From IMG/VR virus record IMGVR_UViG_3300027811_000012, positions 1 to 40,746 of that record: DNA of 40,746 nucleotides; one strand, 5' to 3'. Under the pieces are notes generated by a model. That model ran no database searches and was not told where the DNA came from. It saw nothing but the letters and a program-made list of their open reading frames with translations. Origin of the DNA: a virus (Duplodnaviria > Caudoviricetes). Position 1 is the stretch's first letter. Each line of letters opens with the position of its first letter. Of the stretch, positions 29,582-36,852 are shown piece by piece. The position numbers and the translations under genes are program-made.

Positions 29582-29920
29582 TCATATATTAGCATAGTCA
29601 AAATTGTTTGCCAGTATAGCATCATGGGTATAATTGGTTAGTACCCGCTCCCTACAAGAACCACAAACGTCAAATCTACTATGGGATAAATGTCCACAAT
29701 ACCTACACTTCAAAGCATTACTGTTTTCTGCTTGTTTAATCTTATTCAATCTTGTTTTTATCGAATACTCAGCCATGTACTCTCTATTTTTGGCTTTTTG
29801 GATTTCACGATATTTATCTTTGCATTCTTGATTAGGGCAAATATTCCTTTTCCTATAAGTATTCCTATGCTCTTCTTTGCAAATAGGGCAGGTGTGGTGA
29901 TAAAGTAGTTTAGGTCGCAT
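29582..29920 (-). CDS. Cys-rich Zn-finger protein
   Basis: CPIC, CPNQEC, CRYC, CGSC. Confidence 0.65.
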   Translation of the reverse strand: MRPKLLYHHTCPICKEEHRNTYRKRNICPNQECKDKYREIQKAKNREYMAEYSIKTRLNKIKQAENSNALKCRYCGHLSHSRFDVCGSCRERVLTNYTHDAILANNFDYANI

Positions 29921-30170
29921 GAGGCGTCACCCAAATATACTTTACCAATTTATAAGCAAAGATGCGTTTCTTTGAATAAGTCATACCCTTATAAATTGCT
30001 TTACTTACTGTATAGTATGACATTGAGTAGAATAGCATATTTCGTAAGTCATTTACATCGGAATGAACAGCCATTGAATTAGTGTGATGCTGAATCTGCT
30101 GTCCCGTCTTTTCACCTGTCTTTAAATATCGGTACAGCTTATAAAGTCTTGGGCTTAACAGTGACTTCAT
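29910..30170 (-). CDS. Putative winged-HTH protein
   Basis: 'LYRYLK....TGQQI......AVHSDVNDLR' pattern. Confidence 0.5.
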   Translation of the reverse strand: MKSLLSPRLYKLYRYLKTGEKTGQQIQHHTNSMAVHSDVNDLRNMLFYSMSYYTVSKAIYKGMTYSKKRIFAYKLVKYIWVTPHAT

Positions 30171-30330
30171 CCTTAACCTCCTCAAAATGACAACAATAAG
30201 AATAACTACTATGCTGATCGTCTATTTGAATAAATCTTATAATTACATCCCTCTTTAGACAACAACCATTTTCTACATGTATACATGGTGCGGAACAGTG
30301 AACTACGGTACCTGAGTATATATTATTCAT
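30139..30330 (-). CDS. Hypothetical Cys-rich protein adjoining the solitary attC
   Basis: AAGGAGG RBS directly after the attC R'' on the minus strand. Confidence 0.6.
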   Translation of the reverse strand: MNNIYSGTVVHCSAPCIHVENGCCLKRDVIIRFIQIDDQHSSYSYCCHFEEVKDEVTVKPKTL

Positions 30331-30340
30331 ATGGCCTCCT

Positions 30341-30398
30341 TTCCAACCAGACGGTCCAGCGGGACGCGAAAACCGCGCCCCTGACCTGGACGTTATGC
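30341..30398 (+). mobile_element. Solitary attC site (58 bp)
   Basis: TTCCAAC cagac ggt[c]cag[c]ggg[a]cgcg aaaac cgcg ccc ctg acc tggac GTTATGC: perfect stem with three extrahelical bases. Confidence 0.85.
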
Positions 30399-30560
30399 GC
30401 GACTCCACGGAACAAATTTTTCCCCAATAAAATTAGGATACCACAAATGCTTATTGCCACACTTGCATCGTGACTTTCTCACTCTGCGTCCGCAATTAAT
30501 ACAGAAGAGTACAGTTTTACGTCTCACAGGAGTATATTCATTTTGTCTTCGTAATCTCAT
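30393..30560 (-). CDS. Small Zn-finger protein (55 aa); stop codon lies in the attC R'
   Basis: Own translation MRLRRQNEY...FCINCGRRVRKSRCKCGNK... Confidence 0.55.
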   Translation of the reverse strand: MRLRRQNEYTPVRRKTVLFCINCGRRVRKSRCKCGNKHLWYPNFIGEKFVPWSRA

Positions 30561-30664
30561 ATTTCCCCAAATATTTTCGGTTATTTATTGTTGGAGAGTT
30601 TCGCCACTCTCCCGGATTTTCACTATCACCGTAGGGTCCGTGCCTGGCAGCGTTTTATTGTGAA

Positions 30665-30756
30665 TGGCGGCTCGGTGGTTTTGCGTGTATTTTGCATTCG
30701 CCGTCTTCTGCGTAACATTTTCAGCAGACCGCACCGATAGTTAATGGACACCGCCA
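30665..30756. ncRNA. Candidate structured RNA element
   Basis: Nested complementarity tggcgg/ccgcca, tcggtg/caccga, tctgc/gcaga in an intergenic stretch. Confidence 0.3.
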
Positions 30757-30762
30757 ATTTAC

Positions 30763-30819
30763 TTACATACAACCCTTCTTACCCTTCTTCATCGGCATAT
30801 CCTTCTTCTTAGCAGCCAC
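30763..30819 (-). CDS. 18-aa basic peptide MAAKKKDMPMKKGKKGCM
   Basis: GTG start with GAGGGGGTG RBS, directly after ninG. Confidence 0.5.
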   Translation of the reverse strand: MAAKKKDMPMKKGKKGCM

Positions 30820-30833
30820 TATACCACCCCCTC

Positions 30834-31223
30834 TCACGAATAAGCAGTTATCACTTTCTCTACTTCTTCTCTGGTAACTTTATAAACCCCTTTTTGATCT
30901 AGCAACCAATTAAATGTTTCCATACCGTACTTATTGATAATGAATCTTGAATACTCGGCCTCATTTCCATCAAGAAACGTATTGCACGCGCAGCATTGAA
31001 CGGCTACATTCTGTGGATGCCATCTTACCCTTAAATGCCTTCGTCTAACAAAATGCCCTGCATGGTTGCCAAACTTACCGCAAGTGCAACAAATATTCTT
31101 ATCTCTTGTTCTTACCCACTTACTAAAAACCCTATCGGCTTTTTTTATTAACGAGGGTAGGGGCAATAGTTTTTTTCTTCCCTTTTTTTTCTTTCTTTCT
31201 GGCTTTGGTACTTCCATCTTCAT
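30834..31223 (-). CDS. ninG: NinG/Rap-family recombination endonuclease
   Basis: 'ADRVFSKWVRTRD...CCTCG....HAGHF......RW...NV..QC..CN....GN..EY' signature. Confidence 0.88.
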   Translation of the reverse strand: MKMEVPKPERKKKKGRKKLLPLPSLIKKADRVFSKWVRTRDKNICCTCGKFGNHAGHFVRRRHLRVRWHPQNVAVQCCACNTFLDGNEAEYSRFIINKYGMETFNWLLDQKGVYKVTREEVEKVITAYS

Positions 31224-31428
31224 CCTCCGATGTAATTGTAATAGTTCGTTTAACCATTCTAAGGAAACTCGTATCATTTTTGCGCTCTTCACATTCTTCC
31301 TTGGAATACATACCAAATCTTTTATTCACATCATTTAAATTAGTCTGATGGAACATTTGCGTAAATGTTTCTTCTAAGGTTTCATTTTTAGGCACATACC
31401 CTACAAACTTCTTAACTTGCTTTTTCAT
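31132..31428 (-). CDS. Hypothetical protein (3' end overlaps ninG)
   Basis: AGGAGG RBS. Confidence 0.5.
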   Translation of the reverse strand: MKKQVKKFVGYVPKNETLEETFTQMFHQTNLNDVNKRFGMYSKEECEERKNDTSFLRMVKRTITITSEDEDGSTKARKKEKKGKKKTIAPTLVNKKSR

Positions 31429-31573
31429 CTTCCCTCCTATTCCACTTAAATATTAGACCTTCTACATTATTCCAAATAAGCTCTCTACTACATTCAGGAC
31501 AAAGTATTTTATCATACTCGCCTGCTTTTGTTATGATCGGCGGCTTGCCGCAGCAAAACTTAGGAGTTAGCAT
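31412..31573 (-). CDS. Lar-like (restriction alleviation) small Zn protein
   Basis: Own translation MLTPKFCCGKPP...ILCPECS...FKWNRR; Cys pairs and terminal WNRR resemble the Lar family. Confidence 0.45.
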   Translation of the reverse strand: MLTPKFCCGKPPIITKAGEYDKILCPECSRELIWNNVEGLIFKWNRREDEKAS

Positions 31574-32114
31574 TGTTTATCCCTTTTGGCTGTTCGTCTT
31601 TTTCTATCGTCTTCTTAAACATGTGCCCCTGTGCCGTGTGAAAAATAACAATCCCTTCTGGGCGCATAAATCCTGGCGCGGCAACGCTCCCATGATTCTT
31701 TAATTCGTTTAGCGATTCTTCCACAAGGTCAGTTGTGAAAACCCCGCGAGCAATTAGTGGAACTATAGAGCAACAAGCAGGGCGTACTGAATCATCGTCC
31801 CACCTATGAACGTTGAAAAGAGAAAACCGCTTTTCTCCATTCACAAGTCCATACCCGCGCTGTATCCCACTCCCCCACCATTCCCCAAAGTGAGAACCTG
31901 GCCCAAGTTTCATAAGCTCATCCTTGTTTGTCAACGCCCAAAGCATGAATCCGTGATTATCGCCAGTCTCAGGGGTAAGCCAGCGCGTTCGGCTCCCAAT
32001 CTGGAAACTTCCATCTTCCCCTATGCAGATACACCCATTAGTACCATCAATTTTTTCAGTAACCACAATTGCACGAGACAACCTTGCGATTTTAGGAAAC
32101 TCTATAAAATTCAT
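31560..32114 (-). CDS. RNA ligase (Rnl2-like nucleotidyltransferase domain)
   Basis: Motif I TEKIDGTN, 'GSRTR', 'FGEWWG.GIQ', 'EGIVI', 'FKK'. Confidence 0.88.
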   Translation of the reverse strand: MNFIEFPKIARLSRAIVVTEKIDGTNGCICIGEDGSFQIGSRTRWLTPETGDNHGFMLWALTNKDELMKLGPGSHFGEWWGSGIQRGYGLVNGEKRFSLFNVHRWDDDSVRPACCSIVPLIARGVFTTDLVEESLNELKNHGSVAAPGFMRPEGIVIFHTAQGHMFKKTIEKDEQPKGINNANS

Positions 32115-32611
32115 AAATCCCCCTCCTGTAATTTAAAAAACTTCCCACAAGTCCTGCACCTTTCATAACATTCCGTTTCATCATGGGGACAATCAACTTC
32201 AGTCTGTTTACCATACAATCTTTTAATCTCATCTTCCATATCCTTAGTATCTGGAAGAGCTGAAATCTCTACAAGGGATTGTATAATATCAGCAGCTTCT
32301 TGTACGGGTCTGGACTTAATCGCAGGGATAGCTTTACAAATAGACTTTACGGGTATGTTAGCTAAATAAGGAAACTGTGCAACTGACTTATAAAGGTAAT
32401 TGTAATAATCCATCATTTCGTAAGCTGTACTTCTTGGAATTTTAACGTCTTTTATTACTGAGTTAAAGTTGTTGTATCCTGCTTTCTTGTAGGCTTTATT
32501 GATATTCAACGTCCATAAAAGCTCTCCTATGGTTGCGTAGCTTAAATGAGTACCGTTGTTATAGTGTTTTACTGCTTGTTCTATTAAGGCTTTTATTTCT
32601 ACAAGTTCCAT
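32111..32611 (-). CDS. Hypothetical protein (HTH-like middle, C-terminal CRTC)
   Basis: AAGGAG RBS; 'YKKAGYNNF......KIPRSTAYEMM'. Confidence 0.65.
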   Translation of the reverse strand: MELVEIKALIEQAVKHYNNGTHLSYATIGELLWTLNINKAYKKAGYNNFNSVIKDVKIPRSTAYEMMDYYNYLYKSVAQFPYLANIPVKSICKAIPAIKSRPVQEAADIIQSLVEISALPDTKDMEDEIKRLYGKQTEVDCPHDETECYERCRTCGKFFKLQEGDL

Positions 32612-32663
32612 TTATTTCTCCTTATTACTAATTTGCTACTAATTGATGATAATTTAGTAGTTT

Positions 32664-32701
32664 GTTAAGACGCCATTATGGCGGTGTAATGAATGTTGTG
32701 A
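32664..32701 (+). other. attI-like site A
   Basis: gttaagacgccattatggcggtgtaatgaatG|TTGTGA; gapless 23/34 match to 37629-37662. Confidence 0.7.
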
Positions 32702-32929
32702 CTATATGCACTTCATCCCTAATTTCAACATTGCGATTTCTCGGTTTTTACGCTCCAAAATAAGGCGGACAAGTGATGCCGGGGGCGTGCCTAATGGCCC
32801 ATGTTCTTCAACCATGCCATCAGACAGATCAAGCTCATTCACTACATCTTCAAGCATGTTTTTATATAAGGCGCATTTATCCAAAAGTTTTGAAATTTCG
32901 ACATCTTTTGCGTCTGGGCTTCTGTTCAT
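32702..32929 (-). CDS. Cassette A1 gene, hypothetical (75 aa)
   Basis: AGGAAGG RBS before ATG 32929; bounded by G|TTGTGAC and GCCACAAC. Confidence 0.75.
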   Translation of the reverse strand: MNRSPDAKDVEISKLLDKCALYKNMLEDVVNELDLSDGMVEEHGPLGTPPASLVRLILERKNREIAMLKLGMKCI

Positions 32930-32952
32930 CGCATTCCTTCCTGACGCGATGG

Positions 32953-33009
32953 CCACAACCATTGCGTCCACTGCGACACGCCTTGCGGCGCGTGACCGCC
33001 GCGTTATTT
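32953..33009 (+). mobile_element. attC A1 (57 bp)
   Basis: CCACAAC cattg cgt[c]cac[t]gcg...cgcgtgacc gccgc GTTATTT. Confidence 0.85.
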
Positions 33010-33159
33010 TCTCTCAGCAAAAAATGCCACTATCGAAAGCACTGTGAATATTATCGCTCCAGAAAATCCGATGATTTTCTCCCAACGTTTTTTTGCAAAA
33101 CCTGCGGCCTGTGAAAATATCATTGACAGCATCATAAAAAGAAACAGTTTGTCGGCCAT
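33004..33159 (-). CDS. Cassette A2 gene, small 2-TM membrane protein (51 aa)
   Basis: GGAGG RBS; two hydrophobic stretches; stop in R'. Confidence 0.7.
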   Translation of the reverse strand: MADKLFLFMMLSMIFSQAAGFAKKRWEKIIGFSGAIIFTVLSIVAFFAERK

Positions 33160-33171
33160 TTCATCCTCCGA

Positions 33172-33228
33172 AAATAACCATAATTTCGACAACGACACGC
33201 TTCGCGGCGTGTCAGATTGTCGTTAGTT
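33172..33228 (+). mobile_element. attC A2 (57 bp)
   Basis: AAATAAC cataa ttt[c]gaca ... tgtcaga ttgtc GTTAGTT. Confidence 0.88.
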
Positions 33229-33456
33229 TTCTATCTTGCCCTCAACTTGTGGCACTGCATCACGGTGAAAAATATTATCTGGTACTTCAAATTCCACCGT
33301 CACCACAGCACGTTCTCGGTCCCGGCTCAAATACTCAGGACCGAAGTGTTCTCGGTTAAATACCTCGCAGTGCTCGTGCATTTCTCCAATCCACTGCGAA
33401 CAGACGATTGCGGAACCGTATCCTTTTGATACAACCAAATGCGCTTTAACTTTCAT
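33223..33456 (-). CDS. Cassette A3 gene, hypothetical (77 aa)
   Basis: GGAGG RBS; stop in R'. Confidence 0.75.
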   Translation of the reverse strand: MKVKAHLVVSKGYGSAIVCSQWIGEMHEHCEVFNREHFGPEYLSRDRERAVVTVEFEVPDNIFHRDAVPQVEGKIEN

Positions 33457-33469
33457 CCCGACCTCCGAA

Positions 33470-33558
33470 AACTAACCAGCGGTTCGTGTCCGACCGCGAC
33501 GGCGCTGGTCGCTTATGTTCGTTATTCTGTGGCGCGGCGGTACACCCGCACGTTATCA
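33470..33558 (+). mobile_element. attC A3 (89 bp)
   Basis: AACTAAC cagcg gtt[c]gtg[t]ccg[a]ccgc ... gcggcggtacacc cgcac GTTATCA. Confidence 0.82.
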
Positions 33559-33876
33559 TTTCAAACCACTCAATGTTTTCTCGTATCGCTCTGTGCATTT
33601 GCAAAATGCAGAATTGATTGCGTCCTTTTTCTCTTTGAAATAATATCTTCCCGGACTGCCAATGATCTCCGTGCCGTTTTGGAAGTGCATACCTGATCTC
33701 GGGATGGATAAAACATACCCACCGGCAGGCCACTCTGAAATTACATGAGATTGCAGGTGTGCTATGATTTCCAGTAGCCGGTTTATATCTCGCATCTTCA
33801 CGGCAGGCCATCCGTCGTGGAAATGGTCATTGTTTAACAATTCCATGCGATTTATAAAATCCTGTTCGCTCTCCAA
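33556..33876 (-). CDS. Hypothetical phage protein
   Basis: GGAGG RBS before TTG 33876. Confidence 0.65.
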   Translation of the reverse strand: MESEQDFINRMELLNNDHFHDGWPAVKMRDINRLLEIIAHLQSHVISEWPAGGYVLSIPRSGMHFQNGTEIIGSPGRYYFKEKKDAINSAFCKCTERYEKTLSGLK

Positions 33877-33895
33877 ATTGCCACCTCCAATAAAG

Positions 33896-34366
33896 TTATT
33901 TAATATACTCCAAAAATTGTTTAAACTTAGGGTATTCATTTTGCAACTTTTCATGTAACTCTTTTCTCGCTAACTGTTTATTAATAATACTATCATCGTT
34001 AAGGATTTGTGAAATGCCTCTAAAAAGTTTCCCTCCGCATTCCATCACTTCATTGCTTGGTTGAAATTTAGGCTTAACATAATGATCTTCTACTCTATTA
34101 ATCTTATCAAGGTAATCAAAGACTCCATTTAGTTTACCTGAATACTCACCTAATTTGTCAAGTTTCCACTTAGGGTATTTTGATAATCTCTGCACCCAAA
34201 GTTTGGTTTCGCTTTCCCCTAGCGTCTCCCTGGTGAATGTTTCCAGGTAAACTATTATTGAGGCCACATATTCCCGCAATTCTTGTTCTTCGTTCATCTT
34301 CACGCTCGGCAGCGAAGTTTCTTCCTCTTCCGGCTCTCCCGATGCTCTGCTCTTGTAATCCTTCAT
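33896..34366 (-). CDS. Hypothetical protein, possibly helicase-loader-like (replication module)
   Basis: GGAGG RBS; follows initiator-like domain. Confidence 0.6.
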   Translation of the reverse strand: MKDYKSRASGEPEEEETSLPSVKMNEEQELREYVASIIVYLETFTRETLGESETKLWVQRLSKYPKWKLDKLGEYSGKLNGVFDYLDKINRVEDHYVKPKFQPSNEVMECGGKLFRGISQILNDDSIINKQLARKELHEKLQNEYPKFKQFLEYIK

Positions 34367-34598
34367 TTATTACCTCCGGTTCTACCCATTCCTTCCACAA
34401 TCCATCAGGGTAGTCTTTAGATTTAAAAAACCTTATCGGGTCTACAGGCCATTCTTGTCTTTTTGCGTAATTCTCAGTAGCGGTAAGGCAAAGGTTTTGG
34501 TCGCTTTCACTCAACTTGTCGAATAGTTTCTTACATTGCCCCTTGCCTATTTTCTTACCATTACGGGCAGGGTATAGTTTCCAGAACTGAATAAACAT
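34170..34598 (-). CDS. Replication-initiator C-terminal-like domain protein
   Basis: 'FIQFWKLYP...GKKIGK....K.F.KL......C..A..NY.......DPIRFF' pattern; AAGGAG RBS. Confidence 0.65.
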   Translation of the reverse strand: MFIQFWKLYPARNGKKIGKGQCKKLFDKLSESDQNLCLTATENYAKRQEWPVDPIRFFKSKDYPDGLWKEWVEPEVINEGLQEQSIGRAGRGRNFAAEREDERRTRIAGICGLNNSLPGNIHQGDARGKRNQTLGAEIIKIP

Positions 34599-34647
34599 AT
34601 TAGCTCCTTATGTTTTCGATATAGTAAGTTACCCTCAGTATCTCCTT

Positions 34648-34863
34648 TCACGCGATTCGCCAACACCGCAAGCCTTTATCCGTATTGCGGACAGAAAATT
34701 TCATACTATTTCTTGTGCCAAAGTAACTTGCGGCGGAAGCAATTTTACGTTCATCTTGGACTTCAACAAGAAACGAATCGCCTATGTTCATTTTGTTAAA
34801 AGGGTATTTGCTAGTATATGCCTTCGATTCCACAAACGGGATATTTTTATCAATTTTTATCAT
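34648..34863 (-). CDS. Small phage DNA-binding-like protein
   Basis: 'KIDKNIP......KYPFNKMNIGDSF ... GLRCWRIA' family pattern. Confidence 0.7.
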   Translation of the reverse strand: MIKIDKNIPFVESKAYTSKYPFNKMNIGDSFLVEVQDERKIASAASYFGTRNSMKFSVRNTDKGLRCWRIA

Positions 34864-34876
34864 TTTGCATCCTCCT

Positions 34877-35065
34877 TTACGGTACTAAATCACACAATTC
34901 ATCACAATCAGTACAAATCATATCAGGGTAATGACACACCTCAAAACACTTATTTCTTTTATTCCACTCTACGGGTACTTCTTTTTCCGCTCCACAAGTA
35001 GGGCATTTGTAATTATAAAAGTCTCCCTCTTGGAGTCCTTCGTTTATGAAGTCTGATTTATCCAT
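34877..35065 (-). CDS. Zn-ribbon protein
   Basis: CPTC ... CTDC. Confidence 0.6.
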   Translation of the reverse strand: MDKSDFINEGLQEGDFYNYKCPTCGAEKEVPVEWNKRNKCFEVCHYPDMICTDCDELCDLVP

Positions 35066-35960
35066 TATATTCTCCTATTACTTCTACTTTTCTGCATCGA
35101 ACTTTTTCTATACTTTCATGGTATACGACAAAATCATCTTTATGCACTCGGCAAGTAAGAATTTTTCCTATGTTGAATTTTTGAGTCATAAACGGTAGTG
35201 GGCTAAGATGCAGGCCGCCTCCACATTTCCGATCTTCTGATGGGTCAAAATCAGGGCAAGTGACCATCCCTTCATATTTTATTTTACCTGTTTTGAAATC
35301 GCATCGGGTATTTGAATTTACTGATTTATATAGATATACAAACCCTTTATCATCAGGGATAAAAGTATTCAAAAATGATTCTTTCGTGTGTTTCTGCGCA
35401 ATAGTATTTACTAATGTTGCATGGCCAGAAATAATAATTTTAGGGCTACAATCTTGGAGGATAATTACTGCACGACCTGATGCGGCCCCTGTTACGCTGT
35501 CACTTAATATTTTCACCGTGGCATTGCCGGAGACATACTGCACCGTGGCATTGTCAAAGACAGACTGCACCGTGGCATTGTCGGAGACATACTTCACCGT
35601 GGCATTGCCGGAGACAGACTGCACCGTGGCATTGCCGGAGACATACTGCACCGTGGCATTGCCGGAGACAGACTGCACCGTGGCATTGCCGGAGACATAC
35701 TGCACCGTGGCATTGCCGGAGACAGACTGCACCGTGGCATTGCCGGAGACAGACTGCACCGTGGCATTGTCGGAGACATACTGCACCGTGGCATTGTCGG
35801 AGACATACTTCACCGTGGCATTGCCGGAGACAGAATATAAGCCATTTTTGACATTTCTACTTAACCTATAAATATTACCTTTAATGATGATAGCTATTTG
35901 TTCTTTAAAATCTGTTAATTTATCCAATTCTTCTTGGGTGGTAATAATTATTTCATTCAT
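35058..35960 (-). CDS. Nonapeptide-repeat (beta-solenoid) protein with C-terminal 'CGGGLH' domain
   Basis: VSGNATVQY/S repeats; 'YKSV', 'CGGGLHL', 'KVRCRKVEV' motifs. Confidence 0.8.
   Translation of the reverse strand: MNEIIITTQEELDKLTDFKEQIAIIIKGNIYRLSRNVKNGLYSVSGNATVKYVSDNATVQYVSDNATVQSVSGNATVQSVSGNATVQYVSGNATVQSVSGNATVQYVSGNATVQSVSGNATVKYVSDNATVQSVFDNATVQYVSGNATVKILSDSVTGAASGRAVIILQDCSPKIIISGHATLVNTIAQKHTKESFLNTFIPDDKGFVYLYKSVNSNTRCDFKTGKIKYEGMVTCPDFDPSEDRKCGGGLHLSPLPFMTQKFNIGKILTCRVHKDDFVVYHESIEKVRCRKVEVIGEYNG
35514..35832. repeat. 27-bp tandem repeat, ~12 copies
   Basis: caccgtggcattgYcggagacaKactK units. Confidence 0.95.
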
Positions 35961-36215
35961 TTTCAATACTCCCCCTTCCCATTATCTGCCTCCATGTTAT
36001 GATATTCTACGATATTGTTTCGCTGTTTTAATGCTCATTGGTTCCAACATTGAAGCAGGAATTTCGTTTATATTTGGCTTATTACATTCGTCGCAAAGAT
36101 ACCCTTGTATAGTAGTTCCTTTTTTTATCTCATTCCACTTCTGTATTGGTTTGTCCTTTAAGTGGACGCAAACTATTACCCATCCATCCATTTCAATACT
36201 CCCCCTTCCCATTAT
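35961..36215. repeat. 25-bp exact direct repeat (35961-35985, 36191-36215) flanking one gene
   Basis: tttcaatactcccccttcccattat seen twice. Confidence 0.9.
35997..36191 (-). CDS. Hypothetical protein (64 aa) between the direct repeats
   Basis: ATG 36191 with RBS in the repeat; CxH...CDEC. Confidence 0.6.
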   Translation of the reverse strand: MDGWVIVCVHLKDKPIQKWNEIKKGTTIQGYLCDECNKPNINEIPASMLEPMSIKTAKQYRRIS

Positions 36216-36390
36216 AATAATGTGCTATTAAAGCCAGTGTACTAAACTTAGGGTCTGAATCTCCATCATAAATTCGATACAAGGTAGCTCTATGTATCCC
36301 TGTAGCGTTTGAAATTTCCCTAAGTAAGCCTTTTTTAACGTCTCTTTTGAAAAGTTTCATTAAGTCTTTTTTGTAAAGTTCAAGATTCAT
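36193..36390 (-). CDS. XRE/Cro-family HTH regulator
   Basis: 'LREISNATGIHRATLYRIYDG.SDPKFSTLALIA'. Confidence 0.85.
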   Translation of the reverse strand: MNLELYKKDLMKLFKRDVKKGLLREISNATGIHRATLYRIYDGDSDPKFSTLALIAHYYNGKGEY

Positions 36391-36414
36391 TTTGCTCCTT
36401 CCGAGATGCACAGA

Positions 36415-36609
36415 TTATACCGTAATATCCTTGTGAATTATCATCTTATTCCCAGTAACTAAATCAGTTTCAATTGTTGGATTGCACCAACAGGCTGCGG
36501 AGTCAGTGTTGTGTTCAGGCATATAAGCTATAAATTGTCCGCAGTTCGGAGCGCATTCAACGTTCTTGTAATGTTTCGCGGGACATTTTTTATTTAAGCA
36601 TCTGCTCAT
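36415..36609 (-). CDS. Cys/His-rich hypothetical protein
   Basis: AAGGAG RBS; 'H....ACWCNP.......IIH'. Confidence 0.65.
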   Translation of the reverse strand: MSRCLNKKCPAKHYKNVECAPNCGQFIAYMPEHNTDSAACWCNPTIETDLVTGNKMIIHKDITV

Positions 36610-36629
36610 ATTATTTCTCCTTTCAGTCG

Positions 36630-36842
36630 CTACTTAACTGAACGTTGCATTTCTTCCCTTGCTTGCTTAATGTACTTGTCGCGCCATCCAATAGATGACA
36701 TGTACCCAGCCTGTGCAGTCTGGAATATTCGCATACACGCTAAATCAAGAGCATATGAATAGATTTCAATGGAACAATACGGGCACGGTTCTGTGCCCTC
36801 AATAGTATCGTAGTTGTGAGTTTTGCAAACAAAGTCCGGCAT
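36630..36842 (-). CDS. Hypothetical protein
   Basis: AAGGAGGAG RBS; CKTH...CPYC. Confidence 0.65.
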   Translation of the reverse strand: MPDFVCKTHNYDTIEGTEPCPYCSIEIYSYALDLACMRIFQTAQAGYMSSIGWRDKYIKQAREEMQRSVK

Positions 36843-36852
36843 GCTCTCCTCC

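Larger units (their letters stand above)
32664..33558 (+). mobile_element. Integron-type cassette array A (attI-like site plus 3 cassettes, genes inverted)
   Basis: Three attC sites separating single ORFs; R'' of each is complementary to the R' at its cassette start. Confidence 0.88.

Noticed and set aside
30710-30746. GCGTAAC...GTTAATG as an attC closing the 30393-30560 gene
   Set aside because: R'' nearly matches GTTATGC, but only 23 bp separate the boxes and there is no L''/L' pairing.
30665-30756. tRNA gene (ends in CCA)
   Set aside because: No T-loop (TTCRA), D-loop or 7-nt anticodon loop pattern.
32702-33198. Longer ORF-track starts (32971, 33198; likewise 30408, 38045, 38586)
   Set aside because: They begin inside or across attC sites; downstream ATGs with clear RBSs fit the cassette boundaries.
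33556-33876. A fourth cassette in array A
   Set aside because: No TGATAAC-type R'' or palindrome upstream of its start (33877-33900).
35514-35832. 27-bp repeats as a CRISPR array
   Set aside because: Head-to-tail with no unique spacers, and in frame within a protein.
35260-35871. Alternative-frame repeat ORFs (35260-35871 +, 35480-35851 +, 35594-35806 -)
   Set aside because: Shadows of the stop-free tandem repeat; only the 35058-35960 frame has an RBS and flanking domains.
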